A DNA stretch of 60,584 nucleotides, the filler included, from Sphacelaria rigidula (Eukaryota): the NCBI GenBank assembly GCA_964200075.2. It is 10 parts of 10 records of this genome, joined end to end, with 100 filler letters (N's around TTAATTAATTAA, not from the genome) between each part and the next. Parts side by side here need not be neighbours in the genome. Positions count along the whole stretch, not along the records: positions 48,549 to 54,516 come from CAXNAA020023126.1; positions 54,617 to 60,584 come from CAXNAA020023127.1; 8 more parts are not named here. One strand, given 5' to 3'. This document shows positions 51,898-60,584 of the stretch, in pieces (position 1 is the stretch's first letter; every line of letters begins with the position of its first letter). The notes below the pieces were generated by a model. The model was not told where the DNA came from and made no database searches. It saw only the letters and a list, made by a program, of their open reading frames with translations. The translations under genes were made by a program, and so were the position numbers.

Positions 51898-52315
51898 CAA
51901 GGGCAGGTCAAGTAGAGTATACTCAATACTCAGTATTTTCGAGGAGTCTTCAAGTGCTCAAATTCTGAGTAGAGTTGTCGAGGCTGTACTCAATCTACTC
52001 AAAATTTGAGTAGAGTATTTGAGGTCATACTCAATCCACCCCAAAAATAAGAAGAGTATTTGAGGTCATACTCAATCTACCCCCCAAAATGAGAAGAGTA
52101 CTTGAGGTCATGCCCAAGTGATACTCTATGCTCAAGTATTGCTGAGAGTGCTTACTCAATATTTTAGTAGAGTACTGGAGGTCGTACTCGATCTACTCAA
52201 TATTTTTGTAGAGTATTTGAGGCCGTACTCAACCTACTCAAAAATTGAGTAGAGCAAATACCCGTATGTTTTACTCGAGTACTCAGAAGTGCATACTCTA
52301 CTCGACCTACCCTTG
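51898..52315. mobile_element. hAT-like MITE with internal tandem and inverted subrepeats
   Basis: TIR CAAGGGCAGGTCAAGTAGAGTAT / ATACTCTACTCGACCTACCCTTG; 8-bp flanks GAATGTAG/GAATATGG (6/8); repeated ACTCAATCTACTC and GAGTAGAGTATTTGAGG. Confidence 0.75.
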
Positions 52316-54134
52316 GAATATGGGCATGTCAACACTCGCTGAAGTTCCCTCCGGCGAAAGAGAGAGTGCGTAGAAAGGAATATTCGTGGCCAACCAGCGA
52401 GTGCTTCCATTTTTTTTTTAATCTCGGGTACGTCCATCATGTTACCACGGCTGGATCCCTGGCCGATCAGTTGAAGTGCGACAATCAATCAATCATTTCA
52501 TCAATCGATCAATCAATCAAACGAGGGTATCGGTAGCCGAAAATAGAAATGAGTCGGCCATGTTCTTGTTTTTGTGTTGTTGTGCGCAAGCATTAACATG
52601 GAGGCGTCACGCACGCATGCAATACCGTTGCGAAATATTCGTTCGTGGCGGATTTTGCGCTTTTTTTTTTTTCCCCCGTTTATTTCGCAGTAGTATATTA
52701 TATTATAGTCGAATGAAATGGTTCTGCTCCCAAGTGAGTCCCTTTGTGTCGTGCAGATTCACATCACCGTAGCGGTCTCTTATTTTTTGTCGGTGGAGTT
52801 TTGCCTCTCATTCGGCCTTCCCCAAATCCATGGTTGAAACATACTCGAGTTTTTTGTGTGGACACCGATGTTCGAAACTTTAGTGGGGCTAACAGTCAGC
52901 CCCGAGTGTTCCTAGCATGCGCAAAACGTGTATTTGTTTCTTCTCTGAAATCGATGCCACAGGCGACGCTTGGAGGTCTACCAACGCACACTTCTGCCTA
53001 GGGCACCTACTTGACACCATACTCTCCCCTTGCCCGAGGGATCTCGGTATGCCTTGGATGGGTCAAGGTTAGCGTTAAGGCTTAGCCTTAAGGCTAGCGT
53101 TGTTCAGAGAATGTGCGCATCCTGTGACAATATATTGGTTAATGGTTGTAACGGACAAAATTGTACTGCGTAAAGTATAGGCCTGTTGCAACCAGTGACC
53201 ATATGTTGTTCAAGGTGTGAAAATATGTCAACCATGGATTCGGTGAGACGATTGGAGGTCTGCCAATGCACACTTTTGCCTCCGGCACCCCCTGACACCC
53301 CCCTGGCGCGAGGAACTCGAAATGCCTCGGTCGGGGGTTTCGGGTTATTTTTGACCAACTTTTATGGCAACCAATCTCGAGTTTTACAAATATAAGGATT
53401 TCAGCCTGTCTACAGGCGATTTTCTCCCATGGATTGATTTTACGGACCCCAGCCCGTTGGGCAACGCTTTTCGGCTAGCTGTGAGCAAACCAGATCAATT
53501 CTTCGATTATCTGGACGTGTACTTCTGGTATATCACCTTTCTGCTCGTATCAGGAAACTTCCGCATCTCCCCCGATTTTTCTCGTTTTTTTCAAAATCGG
53601 GGGAGATTGCGGGAGTCTCCCGATTTGAGCAGAAATGTAGGTATATCAAATCCCTACTCTTATGAGCTTCGGCCCTAATTGAGTACGGGTGCAAAGTGTC
53701 CTAAGCTGTAGCCAATAGAGTCTACCCGTTGATCGGATGGAACTTTCCCGGGATTTTGTTACTCGATTTGAGTGTGAACACCGATATTCGGACGTGTAGA
53801 GGGGCTGACAACTCCAAGTGTTCCTAGCGTGTGCAGAACGCAGTTTTGTCTGAATCGGCGGTGCTCTGAAGCCAAGTGAAGAAACACAAGATTTTTTTCT
53901 CAACATTTTGCCAACCCTCTACCTCCTCCCCCTCCCCCATGCCTGGCCTATTGGGTTGGCGTCGGTTGGCAACGGCGCTGTAAAATATGTCTCTCATTGC
54001 GTAAGCTAGGCAACTAAGTTACCATTTATTTTGCGGTAACCATGATGGTAGTCGAGCCAGATCATGTTGTGCGGCATGAGGGAACCTCAACTCCACACAA
54101 TGGGGACGATCGTACTACGTGGTTTTCAAATGGA

Positions 54135-54516
54135 GAGACGCCCATGAGGCAGTTTATAAGCCGCGACTGTCTCTGGAAGTGGCGATGCCAGAAAATGAAG
54201 CAAATCATTGTAGGCTGTCATTAACATGCAGGATAACCAGTACGCTTCGGGCCGAACAATCTTAGCAGGATGCAGCTCACCCTTCATGCGACTCGCCGAA
54301 CACCCCACGGCGCTTCGCGCTTGGTGGTTTGAGTGCGAGCCTGATCCGGCGAAAACCCGGCGTGCTCCATCCCGACTTTGTAGGTATGAGAGGTCAATGA
54401 TCATATGACTATGGCATAAGATATCATGCGTACACCCCCACCCCCACCCCTGCTCCGTCTCGAAAGGGATGCGTGGTCAATGGTCAAACGACTAAGGCAA
54501 GCAACAAACGAGTACG
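54135..54516 (+). mobile_element. Short retroposon with C-rich tail followed directly by a LINE-type 3' end
   Basis: 54135-54450 matches 33890-34170; 54451-54516 (GCTCCGTCTCGAAAGGGATGCGTGGTCAATGGTCAAACGACTAAGGCAAGC) matches the LINE end at 15332-15396. Confidence 0.8.
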
Positions 54517-54930
54517 NNNNNNNNNNNNNNNNNNNNNNNNNNNNNNNNNNNNNNNNNNNNTTAATTAATTAANNNNNNNNNNNNNNNNNNNNNNNNNNNN
54601 NNNNNNNNNNNNNNNNGACTGATTGGGGCGTTAAAGCTGATTTCTTACTGCTACACGCCTCTCATGTGGGCGAAATAGCTGCAAACGAGCCCAATAGTGG
54701 GATCGCAGCCGGTTCGTTGGATGGTGCCGGTGCACTTTTTGTGGGGGGGCTACCTCGGCAGTAGTCGAGGACGCTTACCCCTCATCAGAGCGGTCGATTA
54801 CAATACACCACCGGGGCGCGGCGGCAAAGCATTACCACACACATATTTGAATTTTCTTGGAAAAACGGGAGCTGCAGGTATCCCGGTACTTGTGTTGCTA
54901 TAGCCTCGGGGGGTATTTCAATGGTATCAT

Positions 54931-55143
54931 TGTAATGCGTGAGAGAGGACCGCGTGCTTAGAGGACCGCGCCGTAGTCCAAAACACCGCAGGATCGATGT
55001 TTTTCAAAACCAATCGGGCCAGTCCCTGCAGGTACCACGCCCCTGACCATAGCCCCAACACTAACCCTAACCCTAACCCTAACCATGGCGATGTTCAAAT
55101 TCCGATGCGGTCCTCTAAGCACGCGGTCCTCTCACGCATTACA
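54931..55143. mobile_element. Ginger-like telomere-repeat MITE (best-preserved copy)
   Basis: TGTAATGCGTGAGAGAGGACCGCGTGCTTAGAGGACCGC...GCGGTCCTCTAAGCACGCGGTCCTCTCACGCATTACA; TSD TCAT; internal CTAACCCTAACCCTAACCCTAACC. Confidence 0.95.
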
Positions 55144-55269
55144 TCATTACCAGTGACAGAAACTCTACAACAGTAAAAGGGACGAGTAGAACAAGCACGA
55201 GGGGTTGCTGCATGTCTAGGTTGTAGCAACCATGACCATCTCCAGAACCACAAGGAATCGCGAAGTTAC

Positions 55270-58200
55270 CAGATTTGATGGAGACATCGGCGCAGTTCCA
55301 GAACTCTTCGGGGTACTTGTCATCTTCACCGCCGCACAATCCAGGCTCCGTGGTGATCCAGTTCTCCTTGTTGGGTGCGCACTCGCTAGGCCACGAGGGA
55401 GGATTGAACTCCTCATACCCAGGGTGGTGGCACGAGTTACCCGTGTCTACAAGATATAACAGAAGAGGGCGGGAGAAGAAGGGGAAGGTGCGTTGTCGTG
55501 AGGAGGGAACTGATGTTGTTTATTGATCATGACGCAGGCGTGTGCACGGTACCCTTCTCAACAAGGACCAGCACAATACACCTTCTTGAGCTGCACATGA
55601 AGCAAACGTCGCAATTATCTACACCACACACTCGTCGGTATCGACACCGCACGCTGAGTCGTGGTTGATATGTCAACTCAAAGTCAAAACAAGGCAGCTT
55701 TGGAACAAAGCAAATATACAACTTGTGGCAACTCTACACTGAGATCGTGGCAACCAAAATGTCACAACCGAAGTGAAAACCCAACATCCTGAAGCAAGCA
55801 TCAATGTAGGTGCGTCTAGACAGCACAACGTACAGTAAACCATCTGGATGATGCATCTCTCGCACGTCAGACCCTTGGGCAGCTGGTAGCGCGCGGTCAC
55901 CACGTGTCCAGAGTCAGTACCATCGGGTTTCGACTGGTCCGTCTCGGCCGCCCGGCACGGTGGGTCCACGTAGTAGCGACCCGGGTGGTTCGGATCTATG
56001 GGACTTGCGTCTCCGTCGTCCTCGGCCCGATCAAGTGGATACCTATTAAAGCAGCTCTGCGTAACGGGACTGTCGGGCCCGTCTGGTAGGTCCTCGGCGT
56101 TGCAGAGGAAAAACTCCAGGTGGCCCTGTTTTGTCGTGGTTGTGAGTGGAAGGGGTTAGCGCGAGGAAAGAGCGCGCGCGCGGGGGGGGGGGGGTTGCTA
56201 TCAAGTTGGCAACCATTGGTGTCAAATCCAAAGGAAAACCTTCCGAACAGCAAGGACTCGGGATCCTGGAATGATGACCTGACGCACCAAACGCACGACA
56301 GTCATGAAAAGATAAGAGGAACAGAGTAGCGCTCGAGGTTTCTGGACCAAAACTTTGGTAATGACCTGCTCCGATTGAATAACTAATAATTTCTCTCCGG
56401 TGAGACATCCGCTGAAAATTTTGCAGGCTTCTGACACATCCTGACGTACACGTTCGAAGCACCTGTACTAAACTCTCGACATAACGCAAAAGTATGCGCC
56501 GTAAACTCCGGACTTTTTTTTAATACAGTACATGATGCTCTTCGCTGAATTCAGTCTATAAATCGCATCACGTGTATACCGTGAGTAGAACGCTGGCGCC
56601 TTACCCAGTGGTAGGTGGACATGACGACCTTCATCTCCACCACCGAGCCCTCCGCCAGGGTTTCCAGCACGGGGTACACACTGTTGTCCTGCCCGTATCT
56701 GTTCGTGCCTTCGGGCTGAGTCTGCGTTGCGAATATTCGGGGGAAGGGGGTGTTCGGTGGGGAGGTCGTCGTGAGAAATCTAAACGAACGTGACCTCATT
56801 CCATGATCGTCTGGAAAAGGATGCACTATTGTCGAGTGTACGTGCGAGATTCCCTGAAGTGGTCGTCCTGTAATGCGTGAGAGGACCGCGTGCTTAAAGG
56901 ACCGCATCGGAATTTCAGAAGCCCTATGGATAGGGTGAGGGTGAGGGTGAGGGTGAGGGTTGGGGTCAGGATCAGGAGCGTCGTCCCTGCAGGGACTGGG
57001 ACAATTGGTTTCGAAAAACGTCGATTCTCAGGTGTTTTGAACTACGGCGCGGCCCTCTAAGCACGCGGTCCTCTCATCATGGATTGCAGTCCACCACTTC
57101 AGAATAACCATTTGTTATGGGTGCAATGTCATCACACATGTAAAGCGTGTGGAAACAAGTGCACACACATGTTTGGAAACCGGACATCATAGTGTTTCTC
57201 TTCTGACGTATTTTTGTTGTGACAACTATATCTTCGGAATTCCGCTGAGAGGGGAAGTAGAAACACTCTCGAAATCGTCAAATGAGACCTTTCCGCCAAG
57301 ATCTCTTTCGCTGTGAAACAACGTAGGTATTCGGATTGTAGATAGACTCCATAGAACAAACAATACCAAAGACACGTAATGTATGTACATGCCAAGCGGG
57401 CCAATGAGGGCAAACTGTTAGATCACGAGCTCTATAAGCTAACGCGGAATACCGGGAAAACATGGCAATTTTAAAAAGAAAAATCGCAGCGCCATACCCG
57501 AGTTAGACGCCGGAGAGTCGAAGTGTTTCGCAAATACCTTGACAAAATTTGCCCTCCAGTACATGGGCGATGCCTGGGTGACCGGGCTAAAACATACCCA
57601 CTATTCAAAAGTAGATGAATTCCACGACACGAGCCATGCGTTGGTTATACACTGTGGGTAGCGAGACACATGGATGGTGTCGTGTTTTTGCGCCAACTAG
57701 TGTTTTCGTCTTTTTGCTCATCTCGGATAGGACTGTGATATGACCACGGCTAGAACCCTGGGGGGTCCGTCAACGTGCGATATCAATCAATCAATCGATC
57801 AACGCCGGACATACCTGTCCAGGGTCGCCACACAGGCCATGCCGAACAGAGATAGCGTCGGTCTCGTAGTAATTCCCGTTGGGCAACAGCTCACCCCTCT
57901 CGTACGAGTCATGGTGGGGCCAGCGACCGTCGCCGTAGATTTCCAGTTCGATGGGATCCGTGTTGGCATGAGCCCGCGCGCGCACGGCCGACGGACCTTT
58001 GGACTGCATGCAGTGTGGACAGTGCTCCAGTTCAGGAAATCCTCTGCATTCCGTTTGAGCGCCAGCAGCAAAGAGTTATGGCGGCGGCGGGGGGGGGAAA
58101 ATGGGAATTATCAAAAACGAGCTTCCACACATTCTTTTCGATGAACACATCCGGAATGCGCGTTCCGATGGGCTCTTCCCTCACACTCTTTGCAACCAGC

Positions 58201-59155
58201 TTCACATTCTAATTGCAAGCATGGACGGGCACGGCTCCAAGACGAATCAATCAAATGATGGGCCACTGCTAGTGTCGTTGTGGTGGTTATTGGCAAATAT
58301 GTTGCATCTTGTGCGAACGTTGTACATGGACTGCATGAATCACGACCATGGGGGCATACAGCCGGGTTAAGCATGGCAATAACTGATGAATATGAGAAGA
58401 ACTAGAAGAATTTTGCCTTTCCCAAATTTTGCCACGGCGTCTGTTCGTGCTATGTGAAACCTTAACCCCCCCCCCAAGATGTTTGGAGAGTGATGTTCAG
58501 AACGCGGCCCCGTATGTGTATTGATTGGTCGGTGGTCATGTAGCACCCTCGTAAGCACAAGGCAGCACCTATACAGATACATGCACCGTGAGCCCTTTAC
58601 TAAAGTCCGTTACGAATGAGTTCAACTACAGTATACCAAAAGTGTCAGTGGTGCAATAGTGTGTTACTGCGACCTTTCGACCCCATATGGAAATTCCAGT
58701 CGCCCTGACCGATTACGCGGAAGGAGTAGGGTGAAAATGAAGGTGTTTCTGGCGTTCAGTCATAAAACTCTCGTATCGACATACGTTACTGTCCCTGCAC
58801 ACGATCAATGAACCCATCGCGCAGCGCTTTGATCACCTTTCGCCTGTGCTACCTCACACATTCACCGCCTGACTCCAACGAAGACACGGCCAACTTGGCA
58901 ACACGATATATTCGCACAGAGAGTTCGCAGAGATACTGCAACGAGAAAAGACAAGAATGAAATTCCCACAGGGGAAGTCGTGGGTACAAGAGCAACTCGG
59001 TGGAACACTCACGCTTGCTGGAATACGGGAGTGTAGTGGAAGGTACGGCTGACTGGCGCCATCAAGAAAGCGTGGCCCTCAACTTGATCGGGAAGCACTC
59101 CTAGGAAGAACCCGCCGGTGAAGATCGCGGCTTTCACCCACGTCGACAGAGCCAT
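55270..59155 (-). CDS. Secreted copper-dependent lytic polysaccharide monooxygenase, AA15-like (chitin-binding type-4 fold), 3'-partial, 5 exons
   Basis: Exons 59155-59013, 58043-57815, 56721-56605, 56125-55834 and 55446-55270, all GT-AG and phase-compatible. Signal peptide ..VEG|HAFLMAPVSR (His1), HCPHC, HGLCGDP, STYHWGHLEFFLC, QSCFNRYPL, RYQLPKGLTCERCIIQMVYYTGNSC, EEFWNCADVSI. Alternative upstream ATG at 59176. Confidence 0.9.
56869..57088. mobile_element. Ginger-like MITE in the LPMO intron, with (GGGTGA)n variant repeats
   Basis: TGTAATGCGTGAGAGGACCGCG...GATTGCA; TSD GTCC; internal AGGGTGAGGGTGAGGGTGAGGGTGAGGGT. Confidence 0.9.
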
Positions 59156-59860
59156 ACTTGTCGATCGCCGAACCATGTCAATTCTGTTTGTTGGATGGAG
59201 AAAAAGATGATGGTGCTCGTCCGGTATATTACAGTTTGAGTGTGTACGTTTGTAAGCAAAGTTATGCCTGTCGCCGACGGTGGCTATGATTTTGTGGGGA
59301 GGTGGGGCTCCATGTGCGCGGGGGGGGCACGATGGGTGAGAAAGGCAACCAACCGCTAAATTCTCTCTCGCGGGCATGGGAGATACGTTTTGAAAAATCG
59401 GGAGTTTGGGCGTTACAAGAGAGGGACGTTCCAACCGGAACAAAATACAAGAGAGCGTTGTGGGACAGTTGATACCTCGGGTGATCTGAGATGACATTGC
59501 CTGGATCGTAAATACCGCGGAGCAATTTGAAAGATAGTTTTGACTTCGGCGAACCGTTGAACTTCAATAGTTTAGCGTCGCACTGCCGAACGTTTGGTAT
59601 TGTGTATATATATATATATGCACGTCGTGTTGTGTCGAACGTTCGGCTTCAATTTCACGTCTACTGCATATTGCACCGTATAAATCCACCGTACCGTCAC
59701 CTTTTGTCGGGAAACTATTCGTTGATGGTTCAAGCGTTCACCCTTGGCTGCAAAATTGTGATTTTTGAGGCCCGCGTGCTGTGCAATCGATTCGATTGTT
59801 TGAAACTTGATGTTAACCCAGTGACCGCCAGGGTGGATATTCTGGGCAGTCAGTAATAAA

Positions 59861-60291
59861 CACGGGATTTTGCAAATTGGGGATGGATCTTTCATTGGGG
59901 ATGAAAACCTAAGGACTAAAATCTTCGGATCCACACCAAATCTTCGAAGTATGCTTCCATTTCTTCACTTGCTGGTGGCTATTGACAACTACTACACGCC
60001 ATAAAAATTTGGATTTCGATAACCGAAATGCCGGAGCCCTAGGTGAAACACCAATTTTGGCAGCCGATCGGACACCTGAAATCCCCCAAAATTGTTTTTT
60101 CACCAAGGACCCTGACATTTCGGTTATCGGCATCCAATTTTGTATGGCGTGTAGAAGTTGTCAATAGCTACCAGCAAATGAAGAAATGGAAGCATACTTC
60201 GAAGATTTGGTGTGGATACCGTACGAAGATTGTAATCCTCCGGGTTTTCATCCCCAATGAAAGATTCGTCCCTAATTTGTGAAATCGCGTT
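59861..60291. mobile_element. Foldback MITE (same family as 46213-46644) upstream of the LPMO gene
   Basis: CACGGGATTTTGCAAATTGGGG...CCTAATTTGTGAAATCGCGT; arms ATCCACACCAAATCTTCGAAGTATGCTTCCATTTCTTCA and its reverse complement. Confidence 0.85.
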
Positions 60292-60584
60292 TTAATACCT
60301 TTTTCACGTGAAAAATTGTGCAGGACTCAAACGGCATACTCGGGCAGTCAAGAGGTCAATGCATAACCATTTCTGCAGGAAATATAGCGACAACATCGCC
60401 GCCAATGGGATTACTTTCCCCACCGTGCGTTGAATCAATCATGAGCGTTTCGCAGAATGAGTTTGTTTCACTCAAAATCCAAATCACCGCTCTGAGAAAC
60501 TCGAAATGGTTGTTTCGAAAAAGTTCAAGGGTCGGACAAACAATGATTCGTCTGTAGATTACTTGGTTTTAGTATGATGAGTCG

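Noticed and set aside
33310..59155. Multi-gene system of Sel1 protein, Hsp70-like, WD40 and LPMO
   Set aside because: Each gene is on a separate contig joined by artificial linkers; there is no evidence of linkage.

Overview
Eukaryotic, intron-rich, repeat-rich DNA, most consistent with a brown alga or other stramenopile (inference from gene structure and gene content). The window is not contiguous: it is ten contigs of 5968-5969 bp joined by 100-nt N/TTAATTAATTAA/N linkers, so neighbourhoods across linkers are meaningless and every gene is partial. Spliced gene fragments reconstructed by hand: DNA-PKcs (PRKDC), an RsmE-type rRNA methyltransferase, a Sel1-repeat protein, an HSPA12-like Hsp70, PLRG1/Prp46, and a secreted AA15-like lytic polysaccharide monooxygenase. 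The rest is a dense, partly nested set of mobile elements. Most notable are (i) a MITE with TGT...ACA termini and 4-5 bp TSDs (Ginger-like) carrying an internal TTAGGG-type tract, in at least 9 copies or fragments, and (ii) a LINE remnant plus short retroposons that share a 3' end followed by C-rich rather than A-rich tails. Also present are a solo LTR, Sola-like, Stowaway-like, Tourist-like and hAT-like MITEs, and tRNA-derived SINE heads. No prokaryotic-type system (CRISPR, operon) is supported.
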